From a virus (Duplodnaviria; Caudoviricetes): a DNA stretch of 54,122 bases. Under the pieces are notes generated by a model. The model saw only the letters and a program-made list of their open reading frames with translations. It was not told the origin of the DNA and did not search any database. The position numbers were made by a program, and so were the translations under genes. Position 1 is the first letter of the stretch. Each line of letters begins with the position of its first letter. Shown here in pieces: positions 1 to 10,514 of the stretch. The DNA is taken from IMG/VR virus record IMGVR_UViG_3300025674_000055, positions 1-54,122 of that record, one strand, 5' to 3'.

Positions 1-1
1 T

Positions 2-1972
2 ATTGCAGACAGTACTGGTGTTGTTACTCTTGCTTCGTCTGTATTGACTACGACTGACATCAATGGTGGGTCAATTGATGGTGTGACCATTGGCGGCGCA
101 TCTGCTGGCGCTGGCACTTTCACCACTCTGACGGCTACAGGCAATGTCACGCTGGGCGATGCCGCAACGGACACTGTGACAATCACTGCTGATGTTTCAT
201 CTAACATTATCCCCTCTGCTGACAACACCTATGACTTGGGTGCTGTAGGTTCTGAGTGGCGTAATTTGTACATTGATGGTACAGCAAACATTGATGTTCT
301 TGCTGCAGATGCTGCAACTATTTCAGGAAATTTGACAGTCAACGGCAACACCACACTCGGCAATGCCGCCACGGACACTGTGACAATTACCGCCGATGTG
401 GCCTCTAACATTATTCCTTCTGCGGACAACACCTATGACTTGGGTGCTTCTGGCTCCGAGTGGAAAGACTTGTATATTGATGGCACTGCCAACATAGACA
501 GCCTTGTTGCTGACACTGCTGACATCAACGGCGGCACCATCGACGGCACTGTGATAGGCGGCAGCACCCCTGCGGCTGTTACTGGCACGACTATCACTGG
601 CACCAGCTTTGTGACCACTGGGGATATGACCTTCGGCGACAACGACAAGGCCATCTTCGGCGCAGGGTCTGACCTACAGATTTATCATGACGGGTCGCAC
701 AGTTATGTCACAGATGAAGGCGCAGGAAATCTTTATCTAAGAAGCAATGGCAATGGTATTGTCATACAGGCTACAACTAGTGAAGATAGCATTGTTGCTT
801 TGGCAAACGGAGCCGTAACCCTTTATTACGACAACGCAGCCAAATTCGCCACCACCGCCACAGGCGTAGATGTCACTGGCGACATTGGTGCAGACACTGC
901 CACCATCTCTGGCAACCTGACTGTGGACACCAACACGCTGTTTGTGGATGCGGCGAATAATCGGGTTGGGATTGGGACAGTAAACCCTAACTATGCGTTA
1001 GAGCTAAATGCTTCTGGCAGCGGCGACGTTATTCTTTCTCGGCAGACGGGCGTTGATGGCGCAGATCTTCACTGGCTGGAAACTAGCGTTTCACCTACCA
1101 ATAACTTGGTGACCTTCAAAAGCACTGGCTCATCCAATGGCGGCTTTACTTTCAATCACGCCTCGACGGAATTTATGCGCATCGACAGCAGCGGGAACGT
1201 CGGGATTGGCGTTACCGACATGTCAGCGAGTGGGGCAAACGCAAAACTTGCAGTGGCGGGCGGTGTTTTAAATCTTGATGATACCCAAGCTATCGCATGG
1301 GGTGGCGGCACTAGTAGACCCAGTGTCAACGGTGTAAAAAGCACTGGGTTTTTGAACCTTTTAAGCCCTTCAAACATAGCTTTCAGTACTAACAGCACAG
1401 AACGCATGCGCATTGACTCGTCGGGCAATTTGCTTGTGGGGACGACGACTGGTGTTGGTGCTAGACTTCAAGCGTATGCCGCCGCAACACAACACGCTGT
1501 TTATGGGCAGGCACAGTCTTATGACTGGTTTCCTCTACTCGCCCACAATACGGCCACAAGCAATAATAATAGCTTTGTTTCCTTTGGCACCGAAGCGTCT
1601 TATACGCAACGTGGTAGTATTAGTTACAACCGTGCTGGCGGTCTTGTAGCCTACAATACCACATCGGATTACAGAGCAAAAAACATTGCAGGGCCGATTG
1701 AGGATGCGTCTAGCACCGTTCTAAGCCTCAAGCCATATATGGGGACGATGAAGGACGCCACGACAGAGCGTCCGATGTTCGTGGCCCACGAAACGCAAGA
1801 GGTCGCACCCTATGCTGTGACCGGCGAAAAGGATGCTGTCGATCAGGATGGCAACCCGAAGTATCAGCAGATGGACCACTCAACGCTGGTGCCGCTGCTC
1901 ACTGCCGCACTACAGGAAGCCCTGACCCGCATCGAAGTACTTGAGGCCCGTGTGGCCGCACTTGAAGCCTAA
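2..1972 (+). CDS. Tail fiber, C-terminal part (continues from 53672 across the window junction); C-terminal intramolecular chaperone (peptidase S74-like)
   Basis: Frame open from nt 2 (IADSTGVV...). G/T/D-rich repeats, RVGIGT and ERMRIDSSGN motifs; SDYRAK followed by coiled-coil tail LEARVAALEA. Confidence 0.9.
   Translation: MADSTGVVTLASSVLTTTDINGGSIDGVTIGGASAGAGTFTTLTATGNVTLGDAATDTVTITADVSSNIIPSADNTYDLGAVGSEWRNLYIDGTANIDVLAADAATISGNLTVNGNTTLGNAATDTVTITADVASNIIPSADNTYDLGASGSEWKDLYIDGTANIDSLVADTADINGGTIDGTVIGGSTPAAVTGTTITGTSFVTTGDMTFGDNDKAIFGAGSDLQIYHDGSHSYVTDEGAGNLYLRSNGNGIVIQATTSEDSIVALANGAVTLYYDNAAKFATTATGVDVTGDIGADTATISGNLTVDTNTLFVDAANNRVGIGTVNPNYALELNASGSGDVILSRQTGVDGADLHWLETSVSPTNNLVTFKSTGSSNGGFTFNHASTEFMRIDSSGNVGIGVTDMSASGANAKLAVAGGVLNLDDTQAIAWGGGTSRPSVNGVKSTGFLNLLSPSNIAFSTNSTERMRIDSSGNLLVGTTTGVGARLQAYAAATQHAVYGQAQSYDWFPLLAHNTATSNNNSFVSFGTEASYTQRGSISYNRAGGLVAYNTTSDYRAKNIAGPIEDASSTVLSLKPYMGTMKDATTERPMFVAHETQEVAPYAVTGEKDAVDQDGNPKYQQMDHSTLVPLLTAALQEALTRIEVLEARVAALEA
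140..515 (+). repeat. Tandem ~204-bp (68-aa) internal repeat in tail fiber
   Basis: GNxTLGxAATDTVTITADVxSNIIPSADNTYDLGAxGSEWxxLYIDGTANID occurs twice; a related partial copy lies at ~53880-53970. Confidence 0.9.
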
Positions 1973-1983
1973 AGGAGACACCA

Positions 1984-2289
1984 ATGGCTATCAGCTACAA
2001 CTGGACTATCGCCAACCTTGAACACAACGTCGCTGACGGCGGTGTCATCGTGGCACACTGGCGTGTATCGGCAGAAGATGGCGAATACACCGCATCCGCA
2101 TACGGCACCGCAGGCTTTACGCCTGATCCGACTGCCGCAGGGTTCGTCCCCTATGCTGACCTGACCGAAGCTGACGTATTGGCTTGGGTATGGGGCGGTG
2201 TGGACAAGGACGAAATGGAAGCAAATCTTGCAGCGCAGATTGCTGATCAGAAGGCTCCGAAGACTGAGAGTGGCCTGCCTTGGGCTTGA
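1984..2289 (+). CDS. Tail-fiber-associated protein / chaperone
   Basis: AAGGAG RBS; FVPYADLTEADVLAWV and C-terminal GLPW, typical of proteins following marine phage fibers. Confidence 0.75.
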   Translation: MAISYNWTIANLEHNVADGGVIVAHWRVSAEDGEYTASAYGTAGFTPDPTAAGFVPYADLTEADVLAWVWGGVDKDEMEANLAAQIADQKAPKTESGLPWA

Positions 2290-2318
2290 CATAACATATA
2301 AAAAGAAAGGAGATTATA

Positions 2319-2531
2319 ATGACCGAGAAACAAACACAAGTCATTACGATCAATGATAAAGACTACACTGAAGACCAACTGAATGACCAACAGAAAGCAA
2401 TGATCAATCACATTGCTGACCTTGATCGCAAGATTCGTTCTGCTCAGTTTAATCTTGATCAACTTACTGTTGGCCGTGATGCTTTCATGCAGATGCTGAA
2501 TGCTTCGCTACAAGAGTCTGATACTGAATAA
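2319..2531 (+). CDS. Hypothetical coiled-coil protein
   Basis: AAGGAG RBS, 70-aa ORF. Confidence 0.8.
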   Translation: MTEKQTQVITINDKDYTEDQLNDQQKAMINHIADLDRKIRSAQFNLDQLTVGRDAFMQMLNASLQESDTE

Positions 2532-2549
2532 TACACTACATAAAGACAC

Positions 2550-4574
2550 ATGGAGTATACAATGGACACAACGCCAAATACTGACGGTACGTTTGTAGAA
2601 CAGGCAAATGGTGGCGTTGTGGCTGTTCAAAATAGAATGGTAAATGCACCAATCATGAGAGAGTTTACTGGCTTTAAACCTGAAGCAATGCAACGTATTG
2701 CAAATACTATGGGCTATCAGGGTGATATGAATAACTTTAATTCTTTCTTGCAGCAAAATCCTGAAGCTAATAAAAAGATGAATTACTATACGGATGCTGC
2801 ACGTAAGATGGCAAAAGGTGGATTGCTTAAAGCTCAAGAAGGTACATATGTTTCTCCAACTCCGCTTGGTCAACAGTATATTCCCCAACAAGATTTTTCA
2901 GAAGATCAAAATATAGTAGAAGTAATGGCTACTAGGGCTAAAACACCCGGTTTGCCTACTGGGGCAACTGTAGTTCCTGTTGGTACTACCTATGAAGCTG
3001 GACAGTTTATATCTCCAACGTCTGGTCAAGTAACTGGCAATATTGCTATTCCTACAGCAATGGCTACTACAGCCACTGCAACTATGCCGAAAACTACTTC
3101 TGCTGCTCAGTATACTGCGGCTGAAACTGGCACGGCTGCAGACATGGCAATGCGCACTGTAGAGGCTGCTCAAGGTACTGTTGATCCTCGTGCTAATATT
3201 CTTGCTGCAGAACAAACTGCAAGCAGTGTAGGTAATTTGAATGCCGCTCAGGGTAATGCTATCCTAATGGATAACCCTATACAAAGACAAATTCAAGATG
3301 GTGAACTTGTATCTGGCGTAGCTAACGCACAAACTGCTGCTACTTTTACAGAACAGATCCAAGCTGCTGAAGCAACACCCTCAAAGCAGGCTACTGTTCA
3401 AGGCCAGCTAGAAGGTCTTATGACTCAGTTTGAGGGTGGTGCTACACCTGAATGGGCTGCAGGGGCTATGCGGGCAGCTACAGCCACAATGGCTGCAAGA
3501 GGGCTTGGTGCATCTAGTCTTGCTGGTCAAGCCGTTGTACAGGCTGCTATGGAGTCTGCCCTGCCTATTGCTGCAGCAGATGCTCAGACTATTGCTCAGT
3601 TTGAAGCTCAAAACTTGTCAAACAGACAACAACGTGCTATGCTTGCTGCACAGCAACGTGCTGCTTTCATTGGCCAAGAGTTTGATCAGGCTTTCCAAGC
3701 TCGTGTTATCAACGCTTCTAAGATTAGTGACGTTGCTAACATGAACTTTACGGCAGAGCAACAGGTTGCACTTGAGAACAGCCGAATTGCCAATACAATG
3801 AATCTGCAGAATCTGAATAATTCTCAAGCATTGGTACTGGCGGAAGCAGGAGCACTTGCTAATCTGGATATGCAAAATCTAAGCACTCGTCAGCAAGCTG
3901 CTGTACAAAATGCTCAAAATTTCTTGGCTATGGATATGCAAAATTTGAGCAATCGTCAACAGACGGATTTGTTCAAGGCGCAACAAAGAGTACAAGCTTT
4001 GTTTACAGATCAGGCTGCACGTAATGCTGCAAAACAATTTAATGCCTCTTCTCAAAACCAAGTAGATCAGTTTTTTGCAAGCTTGTCTGCGCAGACTTCT
4101 CAATTTAATGCTACACAGACAAATGCACAGTCTCAGTTTAATGCGGGTCAAAGAAATACTATTGAACGTTTTAATGCTGAAATTAGAAATCAACGTGATC
4201 AATTCAATGCGCAGAATAGATTGGTGATTGACCAGTCGAATGCACAATGGCGTAGAGAAGTTGCAACTGCTAACACTGCCGCCGTAAACCGTGCGAATGA
4301 ATTAAATGCTACTGCACTTCTTGATGTATCTCAGTCTTCATATAATAACTTGTGGCAGTACTATAGAGATAACATGGAATGGGCATGGACATCTGCTGAA
4401 AATGAAAGAGAGCGTACTGTCAATCTTGCAATTGAACAGTTGCGGGCAGATTCTAATGCAGACATTCAATCTATGAAAGAAGATTATACCTCTTCATCTA
4501 ACTTTGGTTCTGCTGTATTTAAACTGTTAACATCAGATCTTAGTGGTTCTTTCCTTGGCAGTCTATTTGGATAA
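2550..4574 (+). CDS. Putative internal virion / ejection protein (Q/A/N-rich)
   Basis: 674 aa, repeated QFNA motifs, helical composition, position after tail genes. Confidence 0.75.
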   Translation: MEYTMDTTPNTDGTFVEQANGGVVAVQNRMVNAPIMREFTGFKPEAMQRIANTMGYQGDMNNFNSFLQQNPEANKKMNYYTDAARKMAKGGLLKAQEGTYVSPTPLGQQYIPQQDFSEDQNIVEVMATRAKTPGLPTGATVVPVGTTYEAGQFISPTSGQVTGNIAIPTAMATTATATMPKTTSAAQYTAAETGTAADMAMRTVEAAQGTVDPRANILAAEQTASSVGNLNAAQGNAILMDNPIQRQIQDGELVSGVANAQTAATFTEQIQAAEATPSKQATVQGQLEGLMTQFEGGATPEWAAGAMRAATATMAARGLGASSLAGQAVVQAAMESALPIAAADAQTIAQFEAQNLSNRQQRAMLAAQQRAAFIGQEFDQAFQARVINASKISDVANMNFTAEQQVALENSRIANTMNLQNLNNSQALVLAEAGALANLDMQNLSTRQQAAVQNAQNFLAMDMQNLSNRQQTDLFKAQQRVQALFTDQAARNAAKQFNASSQNQVDQFFASLSAQTSQFNATQTNAQSQFNAGQRNTIERFNAEIRNQRDQFNAQNRLVIDQSNAQWRREVATANTAAVNRANELNATALLDVSQSSYNNLWQYYRDNMEWAWTSAENERERTVNLAIEQLRADSNADIQSMKEDYTSSSNFGSAVFKLLTSDLSGSFLGSLFG

Positions 4575-4586
4575 AGGTAAATAATA

Positions 4587-4787
4587 ATGTATAACGTTGC
4601 ATCTATGGCGTATAGAAATCTTCCTATTTCAAATCAAGAATCTACAAAAAGTAGAGAAACATCTGGTTTGCTTTCACGCAAGATTGAACCAAAAAAAGTT
4701 GAAGCTAAAGAAAAAACACCTAGAGAACGTGTGGCGGAATACGTGATGGAAATCCGTAAAGAAAGAGAGAAACTAAGAAATGGCTGA
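4587..4787 (+). CDS. Hypothetical protein
   Basis: AAGG RBS, overlaps next start. Confidence 0.75.
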   Translation: MYNVASMAYRNLPISNQESTKSRETSGLLSRKIEPKKVEAKEKTPRERVAEYVMEIRKEREKLRNG

Positions 4788-5316
4788 ACTACCGCAACTA
4801 TCAATTGATGCTCCTATTCCCGGCCAATCTCTTACTTCTGAATTGGGCAATCGTCCTTGGGAAAATCCGCCTCAATATACCACAGTGGAAGAGGCGCTGG
4901 AATATTACATTCCCAGAATCTTGAATCCTGCACTTCGTAACGATATGCTAAATGTTTTAGAGATGGGTGTTCCTGTTACGACATTTGCAAATGCCCTTCA
5001 AATAAGCGCAGTCATGGAGGGCAAACATACAATTGATGTTGGTGTTTTGGTTCTTCCTGTTCTTATTGAAGCTATTTCTTACGTGGCTGACATGGAAGGT
5101 ATTGAGTACAATACTGGTACGGAGATGGAAACGAAAGACAACACATTCAGTGAGTCTAACATTGCTCTGGCGAAGAAACGTATTCAAGACCGTATGGAAA
5201 AAGAAAAGAATAAACCCGCCACGAAAAAAGAAATGCCTGTCGAAGAAGACATGGGCGAAGAAGATATGATGGAAGCACCTGCACCTATGGGTGGTCTTAT
5301 GGCTAGGAGAGCATAA
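4780..5316 (+). CDS. Conserved hypothetical virion-module protein
   Basis: APIPGQSLT..PWENPPQY motif; translationally coupled. Confidence 0.8.
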   Translation: MAELPQLSIDAPIPGQSLTSELGNRPWENPPQYTTVEEALEYYIPRILNPALRNDMLNVLEMGVPVTTFANALQISAVMEGKHTIDVGVLVLPVLIEAISYVADMEGIEYNTGTEMETKDNTFSESNIALAKKRIQDRMEKEKNKPATKKEMPVEEDMGEEDMMEAPAPMGGLMARRA

Positions 5317-6470
5317 TGGCTTTTAACTTTGGCGCATTTGTAGGTGGTTTTTCTGAACAGCTTGTCAAAGATCTGGAAGCTGAACAAGAACGCAAGTTTG
5401 AAATGGAAAAGATTGCCGAGACAGAGGCAATGAGACAACGTGCTGCAGCATCTAGCCGTAGACGTAGTGAGCAGATTGCTACAGAAAAGATGATGAACGC
5501 ACTGTCTATGTTTTATACACCTGAAAATGCCGCAAGAATTGCATTGGGTGGTGAGGCTGTAGTAGATCAATACCTTTCTTGGGGTGCAACAGCAACAGAA
5601 AAAGGACAAGACGCAAATATCCTTCTTCGACATAGCGGTGGAAGTAACGACGTAACTGATCAGCAGACACAAAATGACATGGCTACTTTTGCTGCTCCTA
5701 GTGCACCTGAAGCTACCATTAGTACTTCAGCAAGAACGGAAGCACCCATTCAAACTATTATGGGTGCAGGTGTTAGGGTAAACACTGAAGCAGTTGCTAC
5801 TTTATTCGGTGAGCCAGAAGACTTTGCTAGCAACTATGCCGCTCTTCTTGTTGAAATTACGCAAAGAAAAGAACGTCTTTTTGAGAAAAATCCAAATGAC
5901 CCTCAAATTGCTGAGCTTGATGCGCAGTTTGATAGAGTAAACGCAGATTACGCAAGAGTGAAAGAAAACGAAAGAGAGCCAAATGAAGAGGTAAGGTTTT
6001 ATACTGGGACACAGATTGAAACTATTGCTAATAGTCAGCTAAGACGAGCCTATACTCTTAATGGTTTTCAAACAAACGTTGATGCTGAAATTTTAAATAA
6101 CATGGAGGGTAGAGAACATATTGCGTATCTATCTATGATTCAAGCTGCACAATCTATACAAAATATTCATGGTGATAAGAATGATCCGTTGGTTGCTAAT
6201 ACAGTTAATGATATGCAAACTGCTGCAACAAGGGGATTTATAGATTACGGAAATGGTATTCGCTATGCTGGACCTTCTGCTAGACTTAAAGAACAAGTTG
6301 ATCCTGTCACGTTTAATACACTGGTAGGAGAAGGACGCTATAGAGTTGGGGATGTTATACCCGTTCAAACAGCAGATGGCACGACTAGATTTGTTGTTTA
6401 TACTGGCTTTCCAATGCCAACAAATACAGATGCAGATGGACGCTCTTATGATTTTCTGTTTCTAAATTAA
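5316..6470 (+). CDS. Putative internal virion protein
   Basis: 384-aa ORF with MAFNFGAFVGGF N-terminus, TAATG coupling. Confidence 0.7.
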   Translation: MAFNFGAFVGGFSEQLVKDLEAEQERKFEMEKIAETEAMRQRAAASSRRRSEQIATEKMMNALSMFYTPENAARIALGGEAVVDQYLSWGATATEKGQDANILLRHSGGSNDVTDQQTQNDMATFAAPSAPEATISTSARTEAPIQTIMGAGVRVNTEAVATLFGEPEDFASNYAALLVEITQRKERLFEKNPNDPQIAELDAQFDRVNADYARVKENEREPNEEVRFYTGTQIETIANSQLRRAYTLNGFQTNVDAEILNNMEGREHIAYLSMIQAAQSIQNIHGDKNDPLVANTVNDMQTAATRGFIDYGNGIRYAGPSARLKEQVDPVTFNTLVGEGRYRVGDVIPVQTADGTTRFVVYTGFPMPTNTDADGRSYDFLFLN

Positions 6471-6482
6471 GGCACTTTTAAT

Positions 6483-9400
6483 ATGGCAGATGAAAGAGAA
6501 AAGCCAGATATTCTTAGTGCGTTTGGCGTAACAAATAATAATGTGCCTACTACAGAAGATGAGGATACACCACCAGCACAACCCGGAAATAAAAGTGGTG
6601 CGGATATTCTTGGTGCATTTGGTGTAGATTCAACAAAGGTTCCTGCTACGCCTTCACCAACTCTTCCGTCTAATGAGGTTAGAGGTAATGCTGGTGGTGC
6701 AGATATTCTTAGTGCGTTTGGTGCAACAAGCACTCAACAAGACCAAGTAGAACCTCTAGAAGTTGAAGAAACTATAAGTGAAGCTGACGTAACAGAACCC
6801 GGACTCACACAGGGTGTTGATGTAGCTATGCTTCCTCCTAGAATTGACGATGATCTTGAAGCTACTGCAGAAGTTGAACCTACTCCACAGCGCAGAGTAA
6901 CTGTTGATAGTGAGCAAGAGTTTTATGAACGCATCGACATGCTTGAATACGAGTATGGTGATGGCTTCTACGAGATTCCAGAAGATTGGGGTCTTGATGC
7001 CCGTATTGGTGCTCAGTTTGGTGTCGATCTTCGGAAAGCTCTAACTAATGAAGTGCAACGTGCTGAATCTGAGTCAGGTGTACAGAACCTTGAGTATGCA
7101 GGTTTATTGGAAGAGCAGGGTGTAGACACAACTGTTCAAGTTCCTATTCGTGATCCAGAAGAAATTCAAAGGCGACTGGAAGAACAAGCTGATACTGTTC
7201 AAGCATTGCTAGATGACCCTAACGCTTCTCGTAGTGCAATCACACAGGAACTGCTAGACAGGGGAATGTCTCTAAAAGAAATTATTACTAGTGTAACTTT
7301 ACTAGAAATAGCTCCTGTATCTGGCACAATTCTTGGTGTACAAGACATTCCTATTATGTATGAAGAAGCACGTCAGCAGTACGATGAAGGTGATATCTCA
7401 GGTGCTGCCACTACTCTTGGCTTTATAGGGTTAGAAACTCTTGCTAGTATAGCTGGTACAGCGGCAGGTGTTAAAGCTATTGCTGATGTAACACGTAGTT
7501 CACGTGCTACTCGTACTCTTAGAAATGCCTACAGAAATAACGTTGCTATTGCGGAAGCTGCTACGTCTGATGTTGCAAGAGAAGCTGCTGAACGTGCAGC
7601 ACAGGTAGCTGCAGACAATCAAGGTGTTGCTGAAGAACTCATTCGTGCGTTTGAAGCACGTACTGGTAAAACAATTTCTACTACTACGGATGATGGAAGA
7701 CTTGTTATTGACCCTGATCTAGCAAGGCAGGCTGGTCAAGAGACAATGCTAGATGTAGCAGGTACAGATTTAGCAGCTGGTGCTGATGAACTTCTACAGC
7801 CTATTCTTAGGCCAGAAAAATTTGATGCCGTAGTAGCCATTGCTTCAGACTACAAGCAAAGATATCCTGAAGCATTTAATAATAACCGCACTATTATAGA
7901 TAGTCTCTTTGACCTTACGGTAAACAAAGAACTTATTGGTGGGCAGGAACTTATTGACGATCTTAACAAGTATGGTCTGTCCTTTGAAGACTACATTCTT
8001 ACTGTAGTAGGTTCTGGTTCTGAGGCAGGTAAAATCCTCAATAAATTGTCTCAGATTAGACGTGCTAGACCTTCTGGTGTTGCAGAAGAAGAGGCAGCTA
8101 AAGCTACACTTGAAGCGCAGAATACCCTAAGACGTACATTTATGCGTCTTGAAAATATTCGTAGAGGGGGACTTGTCTCACAACTTGCTACGGCTGCACG
8201 TAACCTAACGTCTGCTTCTATTCGTGTGCCTATGGAGGCGCTTGCAAACGCTGCGGACACAGCAATATATCGTGCCACAAATGAAGGCACTGTTGCTGGT
8301 GTAATGGAAATGTTTAGTAAGCAAAACTGGAAAGATAGCTTTGCCCAATTTCGTTTGATCTACAGCAGACCTGATGTAGCACGTGCGTATACTGATTTTC
8401 TTTTACAGAGACCAGAACTAGCAAAGCAATACGACAGAATGTTTAATAATATTAATGAAATTCAAAAGCTAACAGGGCGTGGTTCCGGCACTGTTTCTGA
8501 TAAATTTTTATCTACAATGGAAGATGCTGTTGACTTTCTTAATATTCCTAACAGATGGCAAGAACATCTTATTAGGCGTGGTGTGTTCTTTAGTGAGTTA
8601 CAAAGGCTGACACGTAATGAGTATGGCATTGATCTAATAGACGAACTACAGGCTGGGAAACTACAAGATTTGTTAAACGATTCTTCTCTTGTAAAGCCAC
8701 CTAGTAGAAGATCATTCTTGGCACTAGTAGATGACGCTGTGACTAAATCGCTTGATGTGACTTACGCAAAGCAGCCTGACATTCCTATGTTTCGCAGTTG
8801 GTCACAGTTTATTGTACGTAATGGTCTTACAACTGTCGTACCATTCCCTCGCTTTATGTTCAATAGCATGGAGCTTATGGGGCAGTATGCGGCTGGTGCA
8901 TCCATTCCTCTGACACGTAAGGTGGCAAGCCTTGTAATGCCATCTCATCGTGGTCCTCTTACAGCTAAGGACAGACAACGTATTACACGAAACTTGCTTG
9001 GATTGACTGCTATTGCTGCGGCCTACCAGTATCGTATAAGTGAAGATGCTCCTGCTGATTATAAGCAAATGAATACGTCTGAAGGAGTTGTTATGGATAC
9101 TTCTCCGCAGTTTCCAATGAGGCAATATCTGTACATTGCTGAAGCTGCCAGACGTTACAGAGATGGAACCCTTGATAACTGGTTTAATGCACGTGAGTTT
9201 GCTGAAACATTTACAGGAAGCAATCTTCGTGCAGGTGTGAGCAATGCTATTCTAGAGGAATTAGCAGCAATTGCAGATGGCACTGATCTTACAAAAGAGG
9301 AATCTTTTGGTAGAAGAACTGGTGCTCTTTTTGGTCAATACCTGTCTACTTGGCTTGTACCATTTGCGCAGTTAATTGAAGCACAAAGAGCCACAGGTGA

Positions 9401-10091
9401 GCGTGGTCTTGAGTATCGTGATGTACGGGAAGACCCAACACTTGATGGATGGACTACCTTCTTCAATGAACTTGAAAGACCTACAGCACAACGTGGAATT
9501 AGTCTTACTGCAGAAGAAGAAGCAGCACTTCCACTGAGAGAGTATGTATTCTCTGAAAGTAGAAGACGTGTGAACCAACCAGCACGAGTTCTTCTTGGTC
9601 TTAGCCAAAGTTCTGCTACTTCAGAATATGGGGAATACTTCCTTAACAAAGGGTTTAACGAGTACGATCTTAGCAGCACATCTGAAGTGCCCACTGTAGT
9701 GCGATGGGAGAATCAACAGATTAGAAAAGTGCTGCCTATCATCGCTGAAGCAGCACAACGTAGAGAAGAAAAACTGCGCCTTGATTACGCAAACATGTCT
9801 GACACATACAAAAATAGTTTTACTGAATCTCAGCATGTAAACAATAATGTAATCCCACTCATCAACGGATTGGTACGTGACCTTCGTTCTAACCTACGTG
9901 AAATGAATGTTGGCGCAGAAAACCCATATACAAATGCTGTTGTACAGTACCGCAGAATACCTCCCGATATTAGAAAGTTGGCTACTAATTACTTTGTTGA
10001 GCGATATGATAGAGAGCCAGACGTAACAAGTACGGAAGACTTGCAACGTCTGATAGGTCTTGGCGATGCGCTACGAAAAGTATATCAATAA
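6483..10091 (+). CDS. Large internal virion / DNA-ejection protein
   Basis: 1202 aa, last gene of late arm as in other podoviruses; N-terminal DIL(S/G)AFG repeats. Confidence 0.75.
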   Translation: MADEREKPDILSAFGVTNNNVPTTEDEDTPPAQPGNKSGADILGAFGVDSTKVPATPSPTLPSNEVRGNAGGADILSAFGATSTQQDQVEPLEVEETISEADVTEPGLTQGVDVAMLPPRIDDDLEATAEVEPTPQRRVTVDSEQEFYERIDMLEYEYGDGFYEIPEDWGLDARIGAQFGVDLRKALTNEVQRAESESGVQNLEYAGLLEEQGVDTTVQVPIRDPEEIQRRLEEQADTVQALLDDPNASRSAITQELLDRGMSLKEIITSVTLLEIAPVSGTILGVQDIPIMYEEARQQYDEGDISGAATTLGFIGLETLASIAGTAAGVKAIADVTRSSRATRTLRNAYRNNVAIAEAATSDVAREAAERAAQVAADNQGVAEELIRAFEARTGKTISTTTDDGRLVIDPDLARQAGQETMLDVAGTDLAAGADELLQPILRPEKFDAVVAIASDYKQRYPEAFNNNRTIIDSLFDLTVNKELIGGQELIDDLNKYGLSFEDYILTVVGSGSEAGKILNKLSQIRRARPSGVAEEEAAKATLEAQNTLRRTFMRLENIRRGGLVSQLATAARNLTSASIRVPMEALANAADTAIYRATNEGTVAGVMEMFSKQNWKDSFAQFRLIYSRPDVARAYTDFLLQRPELAKQYDRMFNNINEIQKLTGRGSGTVSDKFLSTMEDAVDFLNIPNRWQEHLIRRGVFFSELQRLTRNEYGIDLIDELQAGKLQDLLNDSSLVKPPSRRSFLALVDDAVTKSLDVTYAKQPDIPMFRSWSQFIVRNGLTTVVPFPRFMFNSMELMGQYAAGASIPLTRKVASLVMPSHRGPLTAKDRQRITRNLLGLTAIAAAYQYRISEDAPADYKQMNTSEGVVMDTSPQFPMRQYLYIAEAARRYRDGTLDNWFNAREFAETFTGSNLRAGVSNAILEELAAIADGTDLTKEESFGRRTGALFGQYLSTWLVPFAQLIEAQRATGERGLEYRDVREDPTLDGWTTFFNELERPTAQRGISLTAEEEAALPLREYVFSESRRRVNQPARVLLGLSQSSATSEYGEYFLNKGFNEYDLSSTSEVPTVVRWENQQIRKVLPIIAEAAQRREEKLRLDYANMSDTYKNSFTESQHVNNNVIPLINGLVRDLRSNLREMNVGAENPYTNAVVQYRRIPPDIRKLATNYFVERYDREPDVTSTEDLQRLIGLGDALRKVYQ

Positions 10092-10101
10092 TACACATAA
10101 G

Positions 10102-10130
10102 AATGGGGGCACTTTGGCCCCCATTTTTTA
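10102..10130. terminator. Rho-independent terminator between converging arms, probably bidirectional
   Basis: AATGGGGGC-ACTTTG-GCCCCCATT stem followed by a T-run on +; A-rich flank upstream. Confidence 0.85.
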
Positions 10131-10133
10131 TGC

Positions 10134-10514
10134 TTAACGTTTGTCTCCACTACCACCTAGTGTGCCAGATTCCTGTCTACTTCGAAGCTTTGCTTCGTTC
10201 TGTCCAGCAATCATGCCTAGTGTAAGGTTAAGATCAGTAGCAAGTGCAGCACAGTACCAGAGTACATCACCAATCTCACTTGCGATCTGTTCACGCCAAT
10301 CCTTTGGTGCATTCTCTACGCCATCACGAATAAGCTTCTTCACCTTGTTTGCCACTTCACCTGCTTCACCTGCTAGGCCAAGGGCGGGGTACAGAATCTT
10401 GTGCTCTACAGGATAGATTGCTGTCCTAGACGCTGACCGTTGATACGAATTGAAGTCAGACATTTTGTACTTCTCCTTTAGAAACTCTTGTGCCTCTTGC
10501 TCTAGCTTGTTCAT
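10134..10514 (-). CDS. mazG: MazG-like nucleotide pyrophosphohydrolase
   Basis: LGLAGEAGEVANKVKK...EIGDVLWY motif; AGGAG RBS. Confidence 0.92.
   Translation of the reverse strand: MNKLEQEAQEFLKEKYKMSDFNSYQRSASRTAIYPVEHKILYPALGLAGEAGEVANKVKKLIRDGVENAPKDWREQIASEIGDVLWYCAALATDLNLTLGMIAGQNEAKLRSRQESGTLGGSGDKR

Noticed and set aside
1-1972. Diversity-generating retroelement acting on the fiber
   Set aside because: No reverse transcriptase; the internal repeats differ mainly at synonymous positions, not specifically at adenines
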